Shown here in pieces: positions 20,087 to 30,540 of a DNA stretch of 64,000 nt. The notes under the pieces were generated by a model. It ran no database searches. It saw nothing but the letters and a program-made list of their open reading frames with translations, and was not told the origin of the DNA. Every line of letters begins with the position of its first letter. Positions within the stretch are counted from its first letter, which is position 1. This stretch comes from Candidatus Sulfomarinibacteraceae bacterium (lineage in GTDB: Bacteria; Acidobacteriota; Thermoanaerobaculia; Thermoanaerobaculales; Sulfomarinibacteraceae), in the NCBI GenBank assembly GCA_963796455.1, contig CAWCLO010000003.1, positions 224,001 through 288,000 on the forward strand, given 5' to 3'. Made by a program: the position numbers and the translations under genes.

Positions 20087-21325
20087 TCAATCCGGAAGAC
20101 GCCCACGATACAAGGGCCGCAAGAGCCAGCCAAAGATGCTGCCCATGGGACGGCCGCGGATGGCCGAGGCGAATCGCACAGCCCCCTCGGTAACAAAAAA
20201 GAAATTGAGGAGGATCAGCAGCGGCGCCGAAGATCCGCCGCCGGAGCGCAAATTGATGAGTCCTCCGATGAGTTCGGCCGCTGCACCGACCAGGGTGAAA
20301 TAGATTGGTCGGATATCGAGATGTCTGCCCCAGATTTTCTGGTCCTTGCCCGGTGCGAGGGTGATCGCAGCGCTCATCAAGGTCCATTCCACAAGAGACG
20401 GCGGCTCCGGCCCGGCCGACCGCGCCGCTCCCACGGGTGTCGGCGCCGGCGCCAACCTGAGTCGACGAGCCGGCAAAGCCGCTTCCGTGGATCGCCTGAA
20501 GGTATAAACCCATTCGCGACCTTCCTGAGCAGAACGATCGAGGCGAAAACTCTTGCCGTGGTAGCTGAGGATTGCCTCACCATCCCAATCGGCCCGGTAG
20601 ATCGGAGAGACCAACTCCAGAACACCGGCCTCTTCATCAAAAAGGCGAACGTTCGGAGATGTCACCGGCGACAACTGCGGCTGCGAATGCCCGATCCAAT
20701 ATAACGGCAGCCCAAGCGCCGACCCTACCGGCTCGCCATCGGCCGCAACCAAAATCAACCGCACAGTTCCTTCGACGATCAACAGGGGACCGACCACCAC
20801 CAACCAACGCAGCCACACGGGCAGGAACCATTCTCCGCCAAAGGCAAAAGAGGCCAACTGCAAGATCCCCGCGGCCCCCAGCAGCATCCAGCAGATCGCG
20901 GACAACCAAGTCGCACGCTCCGCGGGATACCCCCAGTTGCGCTCCCAGGATTTCTGTAAGGGCGCCGGCAGCAGGCCGAGAAATGGAAGAAACCAGACGG
21001 CCACCCGACGCACGCGTCGCGCCCTCAGTTCTTCGGCGGCGGCCTCTGCAAGGATACGGATGCTCTCGGCATCGAGCGGCACGACGTCTCGCATCACACT
21101 GGGGTTTTCCCACGCCAGGAGGGTCCACCGGTCAGTGCCACCATCCGGGGATTTCGCGATGACCTCAAAGGTCCTCTCCCGCCACAAAACGGCCGTCCCC
21201 GGCAGGGTCTTGGATGCCGCCCGCCACCCGAGGGCGAGCTCGCGGCTGGTCACGATGAACTCACCGCCGGCGGCCGGCGAAACGAAAACGCCGAATCCCA
21301 GATCTTCGCCGCGTTGAGATTGCAC
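20087..21325 (-). CDS. Hypothetical membrane protein with internal duplication
   Basis: Several TM segments and two similar halves (EGTVRL...GEPVGSALG versus EGAVRF...GRPMGSIFG). Confidence 0.7.
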   Translation of the reverse strand: MQSQRGEDLGFGVFVSPAAGGEFIVTSRELALGWRAASKTLPGTAVLWRERTFEVIAKSPDGGTDRWTLLAWENPSVMRDVVPLDAESIRILAEAAAEELRARRVRRVAVWFLPFLGLLPAPLQKSWERNWGYPAERATWLSAICWMLLGAAGILQLASFAFGGEWFLPVWLRWLVVVGPLLIVEGTVRLILVAADGEPVGSALGLPLYWIGHSQPQLSPVTSPNVRLFDEEAGVLELVSPIYRADWDGEAILSYHGKSFRLDRSAQEGREWVYTFRRSTEAALPARRLRLAPAPTPVGAARSAGPEPPSLVEWTLMSAAITLAPGKDQKIWGRHLDIRPIYFTLVGAAAELIGGLINLRSGGGSSAPLLILLNFFFVTEGAVRFASAIRGRPMGSIFGWLLRPLYRGRLPD

Positions 21326-21351
21326 GCAAGGATTCTAACCCGGGCTCCCGG

Positions 21352-24300
21352 TCAGTTTTCCTCGCCAGACGTCACTTCACCGGCATCCAGGGATCCCAGG
21401 AAGCGCAGCAGGCGCTCGAGGTCGTCATCGCCGTCGACCACGGGCAAGGTGATTTCCCCGGTCGGGCTGATTCGCGACTCCGGCCAGTTCGTGATGGCCT
21501 CACCAAGATTGTGCGGGGGCGTGACCGCCGGATCCAGACGAAGTCTCCATTTGCGCGCCCTCCGGCTGACCGCGGCGATACCGGTGCGGCGAGCCGCGAT
21601 GCGGACCCGCTGAGCCTGGGCCAGCGCCTCGACCTGTGCCGGTGCCGGTCCGTAGCGGTCCGCCATTTCTTCGAGAAGTTCCTCCATGGCCGTCTCGTCG
21701 TCACACGCGGCCAGGCGTTTGTAGAAACTCAGCCGAAGAGCCGGTTCCGGCAAATACTGTTCCGGAAGCTGTAATTCGATGCCAAGCCGCAGCTCGACCT
21801 CACGCTGGGTGGCCGGAGGCCGGCCTTCGAGTTCGGCAACTGCCTCCTCGAGCAGTTGGCAGTATGTCTCGAAGCCCACAGCTTCCAAAAATCCATGTTG
21901 TTCGGCCCCGAGGAGGTTGCCGGCGCCGCGGATCTCGAGATCGCGCGCGGCGATTCGAAAACCGGCGCCGAGCTCACAGAATTCCTGTATCGCCGCCAGT
22001 CGCGCTCGTGCAGTCTTGGTCAAGGATTTGCCCGCGGGGACCAGAAAATACGAATAGGCGAGACGCTCGGACCGGCCAACCCGCCCGCGGAGCTGATAGA
22101 GCTGCGCAAGACCGAAACGGTCGGCTCGATTGACCAACAGGGTGTTGGCATTTGCGATATCGAGACCATTCTCGATGATGGCCGTGGCCAGCAGGACATC
22201 GGCCTCACCATCCAGGAACTCCCGCATCGCCTTTTCCAGGTGGCGTTCCGCCATCTGGCCGTGGGCCACGACGACGCGCGCCTCTGGCACCAGTCGACGC
22301 AACCATTCTGCAAAGGCGCCGATTGAAGCCACACGATTGTGGACAAAATAGATCTGGCCGCCGCGCTCCATCTCGTAGAGAATCGCCTCGCGGACAATCT
22401 CCTCCGAGAACTCGAGGACATTCGTCTCCACCGCCTGCCGGTCACGGGGCGGGGTTTCGATGATGGAGATGTCACGAAGACCGCTGAGCGAAAGATTGAG
22501 AGTTCGCGGAATCGGCGTCGCCGACATGGCGACCACATCGACTTCGGTCCGGAGTTTTTTGAGCCGCTCTTTCTGAGCGACACCGAAGCGCTGCTCCTCA
22601 TCGAGCACGACCAGTCCGAGATCGCGAAAGACCACCCCCTGGCCGAGCAGACGATGGGTTCCGATCACCACATCCACTCTGCCTTCGGCGAGGCCTTCGA
22701 TCACGTTCTTGGACTCCGCAGCGGATGCAAACCTGGAGAGCATTCCGATCTCAACCGGAAAACTCGCAAACCGTCGTTTGAAGGTTTCGAGGTGTTGTTC
22801 GACGAGAATCGTGGTCGGCGCCAGAACGGCCACCTGTTTGCCTTCGAGCACGGCCTTGAACGCGGCGCGGATCGCCACCTCCGTCTTGCCGTAACCGACA
22901 TCGCCGCACAGGAGGCGATCCATCGGCCGCGACGATTCCATATCAGATTTGATCTCCACCACCGCTCGATCCTGGTCGCTGGTCAGATCGAACTCGAAGG
23001 CATCCTCGAATTCTTTTTGCCAGGTCGAGTCCGGGGAGAAGGCGAACCCCGCCGCACCATGACGGACCGCCGCCAGACGCAGCAGCTCGGCCGCCATTTC
23101 TCGAACCGCCTTCTTGACCCTCGCCTTGCGCCGTTTCCAACTGCCACCGCCGAGACGGTCGAGTTTGGGGTTGACGTCGGCATCACCTGCGGCGTACTTC
23201 TGGATCAGATCCGCCCGTTCCACCGGAACCAGCAGGGAATCACCGCCGGAGTAGGCAAGGGACATCATCTCCATCTCCCTGCCTTCGACGGCCATCCTGC
23301 GAAAACCGACGAACTTTCCAATGCCGTGGTCCATGTGGACCACGAGGTCACCCGGCCGCAGGTCGCGCAGATCCGAAGCGAAGGCACCGACACCACCGCG
23401 CCGACGTCGTGGGGTAGGAGCTGCGGTCAGATCGCGGCGACCATAAACGGCGAGCCCACCCTCCCACATAAATCCGTGCTGCAGCCGGCCTTCGACGATC
23501 GCGACCTCACCGGCCGAAGGATCGCCCTCGACCGGGCGCACCTCACCCTCACCCAGAAGGTGGGCGAAGCGGCGTTTCTCTCCCGCCGATGCGACCACCA
23601 ACACCTGCGACATGTCCTGGGCACGTCGAGACCTGAGAGTCGGTACCAGATCGGGCAGCCGGCGCACAAAGCTTTCACCAGGGTGCGTCGCCAGGCGTCG
23701 CCAGGTCGTCGAGCCATCGACCAACTCGAGCTGTTCCAAACGGATCGCCGCGTTTTCGATCGCCGCCCTCAATTCCTCCGGATCCCGAAGCAATCGGCTC
23801 GGAGGAGGCAAAGCCATCGTTCTTTGGCTCAAGGCCTGCCAATCCCGTTCCTGCACAGTCCACCACCGGCCAAGCTCTCCGAGAACTTCGTCACGGTCAC
23901 AGATCACAATCGACTGCGCGAGATCGAGCCAACCGATCGAGGGTTCCGCAAGATGAAGGGCGCCCCACCACACCCTGCGTTCAGCGCCCTCGGTCATCTG
24001 CACGGCGAGGGCCGGGTACTCGGCCTCGAGAAGGGCCGCAACCTCGAACAGACGCTCCGCTTCGGCTGGGAAGAAGTCGAGGGGAAGAACAGTCAATTCA
24101 TCGACAGGATCACCACTGCTTCGTTGCGAGGCCGGATCGAAGAGCCTGATGGCCTCGATCACGTCATCGTCGAGCTGCAGGCGGTGACCGTGGTCTCCCC
24201 CCATGTGGAGGTCGATGACCCAACCACGCATCGCGAACTCACCCGCTTCCTCCACCAGATCGACCCGGTGGTATCCGGCGGTCGTGAACTGTGTCGCGAC

Positions 24301-24747
24301 GACAGACGGATCGATGGTCTGGCCGACACCGAATCTGCGCACGTTCGAGGCCACGGCCGGCGGCAGAGGGATTGGTGATCCAAGGACCCGTGCAGGCGCC
24401 ACCACCACATCGAGTCCATCCTCTGCAACCCGGCCAAGAACTTGAATCGCGCGGAGACGCGCCGCCAAGGGCGGTTCAGCTCCGAGATATGGTCCTGCGA
24501 GTTCGGCTGGCACCACCCCGACCCGAAGCTCGGGGGCAAGCAATCGGAGCCCCGCAGCGAGCTCCTCCGCATCCGCCACATGCGGCACGACCACAACCGC
24601 CAGGCTGGCGGGCCAACCGTCGGCCGCAAGTGCCGCTAGGGCGAGGCCGCGGGCACCCGGCACCACCCCCCCGATCGCGAGACCGGGAACGCCTTGTTCG
24701 AGTTCCCTGGCGAGGGCGCTGAGGTCGGGAAGTGGAAAACCCGTCAT
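21352..24747 (-). CDS. mfd: Transcription-repair coupling factor
   Basis: GDVGYGKTEVA, DEEQRFGV, SATPIPRTL, QLRGRVGRS and C-terminal TRCF domain. Confidence 0.97.
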   Translation of the reverse strand: MTGFPLPDLSALARELEQGVPGLAIGGVVPGARGLALAALAADGWPASLAVVVVPHVADAEELAAGLRLLAPELRVGVVPAELAGPYLGAEPPLAARLRAIQVLGRVAEDGLDVVVAPARVLGSPIPLPPAVASNVRRFGVGQTIDPSVVATQFTTAGYHRVDLVEEAGEFAMRGWVIDLHMGGDHGHRLQLDDDVIEAIRLFDPASQRSSGDPVDELTVLPLDFFPAEAERLFEVAALLEAEYPALAVQMTEGAERRVWWGALHLAEPSIGWLDLAQSIVICDRDEVLGELGRWWTVQERDWQALSQRTMALPPPSRLLRDPEELRAAIENAAIRLEQLELVDGSTTWRRLATHPGESFVRRLPDLVPTLRSRRAQDMSQVLVVASAGEKRRFAHLLGEGEVRPVEGDPSAGEVAIVEGRLQHGFMWEGGLAVYGRRDLTAAPTPRRRRGGVGAFASDLRDLRPGDLVVHMDHGIGKFVGFRRMAVEGREMEMMSLAYSGGDSLLVPVERADLIQKYAAGDADVNPKLDRLGGGSWKRRKARVKKAVREMAAELLRLAAVRHGAAGFAFSPDSTWQKEFEDAFEFDLTSDQDRAVVEIKSDMESSRPMDRLLCGDVGYGKTEVAIRAAFKAVLEGKQVAVLAPTTILVEQHLETFKRRFASFPVEIGMLSRFASAAESKNVIEGLAEGRVDVVIGTHRLLGQGVVFRDLGLVVLDEEQRFGVAQKERLKKLRTEVDVVAMSATPIPRTLNLSLSGLRDISIIETPPRDRQAVETNVLEFSEEIVREAILYEMERGGQIYFVHNRVASIGAFAEWLRRLVPEARVVVAHGQMAERHLEKAMREFLDGEADVLLATAIIENGLDIANANTLLVNRADRFGLAQLYQLRGRVGRSERLAYSYFLVPAGKSLTKTARARLAAIQEFCELGAGFRIAARDLEIRGAGNLLGAEQHGFLEAVGFETYCQLLEEAVAELEGRPPATQREVELRLGIELQLPEQYLPEPALRLSFYKRLAACDDETAMEELLEEMADRYGPAPAQVEALAQAQRVRIAARRTGIAAVSRRARKWRLRLDPAVTPPHNLGEAITNWPESRISPTGEITLPVVDGDDDLERLLRFLGSLDAGEVTSGEEN

Positions 24748-24823
24748 TGTGAAATCGATTTCGACAAGGCCAAGGATCCGCCTTCGGCGGTCAAGCGTCG
24801 ACGACCAGAGATGGGTCGCCCCT

Positions 24824-26044
24824 TCAAACCATTTTCAGGAGGTGACCCATTTTGAGCTTTTTTGCCTCGAGATATTGGCGATTGCTCTCGGTCGGCGGCA
24901 CTTCGAGTGGAACACGCTCGGCGATCTCCAGTCCGAAGCCCCGCAACGCCGTGTACTTCTTGGGGTTGTTGGTCATCAGACGCAAGCGCCGCGCCCCGAG
25001 GTCGACCAGGATCTGGGCCCCGGTGCCGTAGTCTCGCGGGTCCGCTTTGAACCCAAGGTGCAAATTGGCCTCGACAGTGTCTTCACCCTGATCCTGCAGT
25101 TCATAGGCGCGCAACTTGTTGAACAAACCGATGCCCCGGCCTTCCTGCAGGAGATAGAGGAGAATTCCCGAGCCCTCCGCCGCGATCTGTTGCATTGCGG
25201 CTGTGAGCTGGGAACCGCAGTCGCATCGACGGGAGGCGAACACATCACCGGTCAGACACTGAGAATGAACACGTACCAACACCGGTTCGTCAGGGTCTAT
25301 TTTCCCCATCACCAGCGCGACATGCTCTTCGCCGGTGACCCGATTGCGATAACCGCAGATACGGAAATCACCCGCATCGGTCGGCAACTCCGGTCCCGCC
25401 ACCCTCTCGACCAGTTTTTCGTTGCGCATCCGGTAGGCAATCAGATCGGCCACCGTCAGGATTCCGAGCCCATGTTCTTTCGCGACCTCGAACAGGCGGG
25501 GCAAACGAGCCATCTGGCCGTCCTCGTCCATCACCTCGCAGAGCACCCCGGCCGGTGTGAAGCCCGCCATCCGGGCGAGTTCCACCGAGGCCTCGGTGTG
25601 TCCGGCGCGTTTCAGGACGCCGCCGTCAAGGGCACGGAGGGGGAACATGTGGCCCGGACGGAGGAGATCCTCCGGTTTGGTTTTCGGATTCACCAGGGCA
25701 CGTACCGTTGCCGCGCGGTCATGGGCCGAGATTCCAGTCGTAGTGCCCTCACGAACCTCGACACTTACCGTGAACGCGGTGCCGTGACTCGAAGTATTCT
25801 TCTGGACCATCGCCGGCAGATCGAGTTCGTCACACCGGTCCGAGGTCAGCGACACACAGATCAGACCACGTCCGAAACGGGCCATGAAGTTGACGGCTTC
25901 GGGGGTGACCAGGTCGGCGGCAAAGATGAGATCGCCTTCGTTCTCCCGGTCTTCATCGTCGACCACGATGATCTGTTCACCGCGACGGATTCGCGCCACG
26001 GCCTCTTCGACCGAAAGAAATTGATTTTTCTCGACTTCACTCAT
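24824..26044 (-). CDS. ribBA: DHBP synthase / GTP cyclohydrolase II
   Basis: [41 protein letters not shown]. Confidence 0.96.
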   Translation of the reverse strand: MSEVEKNQFLSVEEAVARIRRGEQIIVVDDEDRENEGDLIFAADLVTPEAVNFMARFGRGLICVSLTSDRCDELDLPAMVQKNTSSHGTAFTVSVEVREGTTTGISAHDRAATVRALVNPKTKPEDLLRPGHMFPLRALDGGVLKRAGHTEASVELARMAGFTPAGVLCEVMDEDGQMARLPRLFEVAKEHGLGILTVADLIAYRMRNEKLVERVAGPELPTDAGDFRICGYRNRVTGEEHVALVMGKIDPDEPVLVRVHSQCLTGDVFASRRCDCGSQLTAAMQQIAAEGSGILLYLLQEGRGIGLFNKLRAYELQDQGEDTVEANLHLGFKADPRDYGTGAQILVDLGARRLRLMTNNPKKYTALRGFGLEIAERVPLEVPPTESNRQYLEAKKLKMGHLLKMV

Positions 26045-26232
26045 GAACACACTCCCACTTGTGCCGCCAAGCGGCGAAGCCGAATGGTAGCCGAAGCGTG
26101 CTTGCACCGCAAGAACTGAAGATCGAGAGGGATGCGAGTTGCAGGGTCGACAAGGCTTGAGACCGGCTCCGCGCCTTTTCACGAAATAATCGAGAGCGGA
26201 CGGAGGCCCGCGGTAGAATCGGCGCGATCGAT

Positions 26233-27399
26233 ATGGCTGAATCCGTCATCTACCTCGACTGCAACGCCTCGACCCCGTGCGATCCGCGGGTCGTGGAGGC
26301 CATGCTGCCCTATCTGACCGACACATTTGCCAACCCATCGAGCCGGAATCACCGACCCGGCCGGGAGGCATCGACGGCCCTCGAAACGGCGCGCGGCGAG
26401 GTCGCGAGCAGGCTGGGTGCGCGCTCGGCCGCCGAGATCATCATGAATTCGGGAGCCAGCGAAGGCAACAACCACGCGATCGTCGGGGTCGCTGAGGCCT
26501 TTGAAGATCGCCGCCGCCACCTGATCACCCAGGTGACCGAACACCCCTCCGTCCTGGAACCCATGCGTCGGCTTGCGCGCCGGGGCTGGGAGTTGACCGA
26601 GATCGGCGTCGATTCGACCGGACGCATCCGTCTCGAGAAGCTCCGGGAAGCACTTCGTGATGACACCGCTCTGGTGAGCCTCATGCTCGCCAACAACGAG
26701 ACCGGGACCATCCAACCGATCGCCGAAGCCGCCGAACTGGCCCACAACCGAGGCGCCCTCATTCATTGTGACGCCGCCCAGGCGGTGGGCAAGATCCCGG
26801 TCGATATCCGCGCCCTGAAGGTCGATCTGCTCACCATATCCGGCCACAAGATCTACGCCCCGAAGGGCGTCGGGGCCCTCTATCTGCGACGAAGCAAACC
26901 TCCCCTGCGGCTCCCGCCGCTAATCTCGGGCGGCGGCCACGAGTACGGACTGCGTTCGGGAACACCCAACGTGCCCGGTGCGGTGGCTCTGGCGCGAGCC
27001 CTCGAACTCGCCGAAGAGACCCTTGCAAGCGAATCGATCCGGATCGCGGCGCTTCGCGATCGCCTGGAAACCGCGATCACCGGCCCGCTCGAGGGCTGCA
27101 CGGTCAACGGGTCGGCGGAACACCGACTCCCCGGCACCACCAACATCTCCTTTGCCGGGGTGGAGGGAAATGCGCTCCTGGCCTCCCTCCCCGATCTGGC
27201 GGTGAGCACCGGGTCGGCCTGTACCTCCGGTCATTCGGATGCGTCACCGGTATTGCTCGCGATGGGGGTTCCGAAGCCTTTGGCCCGCGCCTCGCTTCGC
27301 TTCGGTCTTGGCCGTTTTTCGACCGCAATGGAGATCGATCGTGCGGCTCGGCGGATCATTGAAGAGGTGTCCCGTCTAAGGTCGCTCTCTCGGCGCTGA
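26233..27399 (+). CDS. iscS: Cysteine desulfurase (IscS/NifS type)
   Basis: NNETG, DAAQAVGK, SGHKIYAPKG, STGSAC. Confidence 0.92.
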   Translation: MAESVIYLDCNASTPCDPRVVEAMLPYLTDTFANPSSRNHRPGREASTALETARGEVASRLGARSAAEIIMNSGASEGNNHAIVGVAEAFEDRRRHLITQVTEHPSVLEPMRRLARRGWELTEIGVDSTGRIRLEKLREALRDDTALVSLMLANNETGTIQPIAEAAELAHNRGALIHCDAAQAVGKIPVDIRALKVDLLTISGHKIYAPKGVGALYLRRSKPPLRLPPLISGGGHEYGLRSGTPNVPGAVALARALELAEETLASESIRIAALRDRLETAITGPLEGCTVNGSAEHRLPGTTNISFAGVEGNALLASLPDLAVSTGSACTSGHSDASPVLLAMGVPKPLARASLRFGLGRFSTAMEIDRAARRIIEEVSRLRSLSRR

Positions 27400-27418
27400 A
27401 GGCGGGAGCCGCTCCTCG

Positions 27419-28606
27419 TCAATCCGTTTCGTGATACAGCAGCAGGCCGTCGAGTCCGCTTTCGAATTCCCTGACCTCGCTGCGCCAATCATCGAGAAGC
27501 CGATCCAATCCTCCGCCCTCCTCGAGGATTTCCCGGACCCGGGATGAACCCGTCAGCAGATCGATGGCGGGGATTTCGGCCACGAATTCATATGGATCGG
27601 GCCGCCACTCGAAATGCTCGGGACTCTGCTCGCGAATCGCCTGAAGTAGGCGGATACCGAGAGCCAAGGGCTCGACAGCGTCCCGGTCGAAGAGATGGAT
27701 CTCCACCCCGGTGCAGACCTCCCCGGCATGTTTGTCGAACTCCGGACGGAATCGTGCCGCCCGGAAGCCGACTCCCGGGGTGGCTTTGGCCCGCAGGGCA
27801 TCAACCAACTGTGCTGCGTCGATCCCCGGCGCCCCGACCAGATGGAACGGCCGGGTGGTGCCACGACCCTCCGAAAGGGTCGTTGCCTCGACAAGGCAGA
27901 GCCCGGGATACAGGGCGGCTGTTTCGAGGACCGGCATGTTGGGACTGGGCGGCACCCACGGCAGACCGGTCTCGTCCCACCACTGGTGCCGTCGCCATCC
28001 ACTGCACGGGATCACGGTCAACTCCAGATTCGGGTACCGCCGCCGCTGCAACAGGAGGGCGATCTCACCCAGGCTCAGGCCGTGCCTCACCGGCACCGGA
28101 AGTTGCGAGACAAAGCTCTCGAATCCGGCTTCCACCAATCCGCCTTCCCGAACGGTCCCCCCGATGGGGTTCGGCCGGTCGAGCACCATGACCTCGACCG
28201 AGGCCTGTTCGCAGGCATTCATGACGAAGTCCATGGTGGCGGCAAAGGTGTAGTAACGGGTCCCGATATCGGGCACGTCCACGATCAGAAGATCGATTTC
28301 GGCGAGATCTTCGGGCTCCGGCGCCAGCGTTTCGACCGTATGGCCGTACAAGGAACGGATCTCGGCCCCGGTCAGCGCATCCGTCTGGCTCTCAACCGCC
28401 TCGTGGTCCTGTGCGATCCCATCGAGACCGTGCTCAGGGGAAAAGAGCCGAACCAGGCGGCCGATCCCAGCCCTCTGCAGAGCCACCCTCGCCGGGTCGA
28501 GACCGGAGGTCACCGCAGCCTGATTGGCCAGCAGGGCCCATGGACGACCTCCCACCAGCCCCGGTTTTTCGATCAAGAACTCCAGGCCGCTTATGACTCG
28601 TTGCAT
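27419..28606 (-). CDS. DUF1343/NamZ exo-beta-N-acetylmuramidase family
   Basis: FSPEHG, DIGTRYYTF, DRPNPIGG, WVPPSPNMP, SEGRGTTRPF. Confidence 0.88.
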   Translation of the reverse strand: MQRVISGLEFLIEKPGLVGGRPWALLANQAAVTSGLDPARVALQRAGIGRLVRLFSPEHGLDGIAQDHEAVESQTDALTGAEIRSLYGHTVETLAPEPEDLAEIDLLIVDVPDIGTRYYTFAATMDFVMNACEQASVEVMVLDRPNPIGGTVREGGLVEAGFESFVSQLPVPVRHGLSLGEIALLLQRRRYPNLELTVIPCSGWRRHQWWDETGLPWVPPSPNMPVLETAALYPGLCLVEATTLSEGRGTTRPFHLVGAPGIDAAQLVDALRAKATPGVGFRAARFRPEFDKHAGEVCTGVEIHLFDRDAVEPLALGIRLLQAIREQSPEHFEWRPDPYEFVAEIPAIDLLTGSSRVREILEEGGGLDRLLDDWRSEVREFESGLDGLLLYHETD

Positions 28607-28730
28607 GGATTTATACTACCCCGTTTCCGTTCCCGATCCCGGTCCCGATCCCGAAAGGGAGAAGGGGGGAAAGGGGGAAAGGGAGAACGACTCGGCATCG
28701 ATTTTTCCTGAACGGGAATGGCGCCCCCCG

Positions 28731-28850
28731 ATGTCATCCTGAGCGCAGCCCCATAGGGGCGTAGTCGAAGGATCTATGAGACGGACCGCAACACCCGTGA
28801 GCCGCAGATCCTTCGACTCGGCCGTCGGACGGCCTCGCTCAGGATGACAT
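28731..28850. repeat. REP/MITE-like palindromic element, copy B
   Basis: Same terminal and inner inverted repeats as copy A. Confidence 0.92.
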
Positions 28851-29045
28851 GTTGAACGACAATTCCGATACCGATCGCGTTCGCGAAAGGGAGAAAGGGA
28901 AAACGCACCTCACGATGCTCGATACTCGATGCTGGATGCTGGACGCTCAATCCCGAACCCGAGCCTTGGCCCGTTGCCGTTACCGTTACCAAAAGGGACA
29001 ACGGGAAACCCGTACCGGAGACGTCGTTCGTGATAAGGGCCGGGT

Positions 29046-29153
29046 CTCCTCTGCTCCTCTGCTCCTCTGCTCCTCTGCTCCTCTGCTCCTCTGCTCCTCT
29101 GCTCCTCTGCTCCTCTGCTCCTCTGCTCCTCTGCTCCTCTGCTCCTCTGCTCC
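29046..29153. repeat. Octamer tandem array (CTCCTCTG) x13
   Basis: 13 perfect units plus CTCC. Confidence 0.97.
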
Positions 29154-29225
29154 AGAACCAGAAAAATCCATTTACCCGGAAACTTTTTGCACCTCATCGG
29201 CATTATTACCTTCCGGAGGTTGTGA

Positions 29226-29852
29226 ATGACCGCAAAGAACCCATATCGGAGTCTGCAAGTAGTTGTCGTGGCGGCAGCGCTGGTCGCCTCCGTCGTCGTG
29301 GCCGCGCCGACCGAGGCCGGCGACCGCACCGACTTTGCCACCTTTGCGGGTGGTTGTTTCTGGTGCATCGAAGCCGATTTCGAAAAGATCAAGGGCGTGC
29401 GGTCGGTGACCTCGGGATATACCGGCGGATCGTTACCCAACCCCACCTATAAACAGGTCTCGGCGGGTGGCACCGGCCACACGGAGGCGATCCGAGTTGT
29501 CTTCGATCCGGACAAAGTGAGCTATGAGGAGCTCCTGGATGCCTTCTGGCACAATATCGATCCAACCGTGAGCGACCGTCAGTTCTGCGATGTGGGCAAC
29601 CAGTACCGAAGCGGTATCTTCTACCACGATGCCGAACAGCGCGAGGCCGCTGAAAAAAGCAAAAGCGACCTCTCCAGGAGCAAGCCTTTTCCGGAACCGG
29701 TCGTCACCGAAATCACCGAGGCGGGAGCCTTCTATCCAGCCGAGGCATATCACCAGGATTTCTACAAAAAGAGCTCCCTGCGTTACTCCTACTACCGCAA
29801 GGGTTGCGGTCGCGACAAACGACTGGCGGAGCTCTGGGGAGAAAAGAAATGA
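29226..29852 (+). CDS. msrA: Peptide methionine-S-sulfoxide reductase with signal peptide
   Basis: [25 protein letters not shown] and a hydrophobic N-terminus. Confidence 0.95.
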   Translation: MTAKNPYRSLQVVVVAAALVASVVVAAPTEAGDRTDFATFAGGCFWCIEADFEKIKGVRSVTSGYTGGSLPNPTYKQVSAGGTGHTEAIRVVFDPDKVSYEELLDAFWHNIDPTVSDRQFCDVGNQYRSGIFYHDAEQREAAEKSKSDLSRSKPFPEPVVTEITEAGAFYPAEAYHQDFYKKSSLRYSYYRKGCGRDKRLAELWGEKK

Positions 29853-30409
29853 AACAAACCACGGCGATCATCGCTCTACTGATCTCGAGTTCCTTCGCGG
29901 GCCCGGGACCTGCGTCGGTCGAAGCACAGGATCACGCGTCCGCCACCGACAATCGGAGGATTTCCATGAGCAAAGAAGAACTGAAAGAGACGCTGACACC
30001 CCTGCAGTATGAAGTCACCCAGAAGGAAGGCACCGAACCCGCCTTCCGCAACGAGTACTGGGACAACCACCTCCCCGGCATCTATGTCGACGTCGTGTCC
30101 GGCGAACCCCTCTTTGCTTCGATCCACAAGTACGACTCCGGGTCGGGGTGGCCGGCCTTCACTCAGCCTCTCGAGAAACAAAACATCGTCGAAAAGAAGG
30201 ACCGCAAGTGGCTCATGGTCCGCACCGAGGTCCGGTCGAAAGACGCCGATTCGCATCTCGGCCATGTTTTCCCGGATGGGCCGAAACCGACCGGCATGCG
30301 TTATTGCATCAATTCTGCCGCGATGCGGTTCGTCCCGATCGAGGATCTCGAAAAAGAGGGCTATGGCGAGTATTTGAAGCTCTTCGAGGCTTCCAAAAAA
30401 ACAGATTGA
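29849..30409 (+). CDS. msrB: Peptide methionine-R-sulfoxide reductase with signal peptide (no Zn CxxC motifs)
   Basis: [32 protein letters not shown]. Confidence 0.95.
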   Translation: MKQTTAIIALLISSSFAGPGPASVEAQDHASATDNRRISMSKEELKETLTPLQYEVTQKEGTEPAFRNEYWDNHLPGIYVDVVSGEPLFASIHKYDSGSGWPAFTQPLEKQNIVEKKDRKWLMVRTEVRSKDADSHLGHVFPDGPKPTGMRYCINSAAMRFVPIEDLEKEGYGEYLKLFEASKKTD

Positions 30410-30540
30410 CCTTCCCTTGGACCGCAACCGGGGGCCGATGCTCTCATCGATTCCTCGGCGAGACGGAATCGACCTCAACGCGCCGCGGTTGCAAATCAAA
30501 ACAAACCAAATACGACCGTTGATCCCGTGAGGAGACGTAG

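Larger units (their letters stand above)
28620..29155. repeat. Composite intergenic repeat mosaic
   Basis: CCCGAT hexamers, AAAGGGAG octamers, palindromic element, GATGCTG heptamers, CCGTTA hexamers, spacer module and CTCCTCTG array. Confidence 0.88.

Noticed and set aside
22339..24378. 679-aa plus-strand ORF
   Set aside because: Antisense shadow of mfd.
26045..26232. FMN riboswitch upstream of ribBA
   Set aside because: The conserved RFN motifs are not recognisable.
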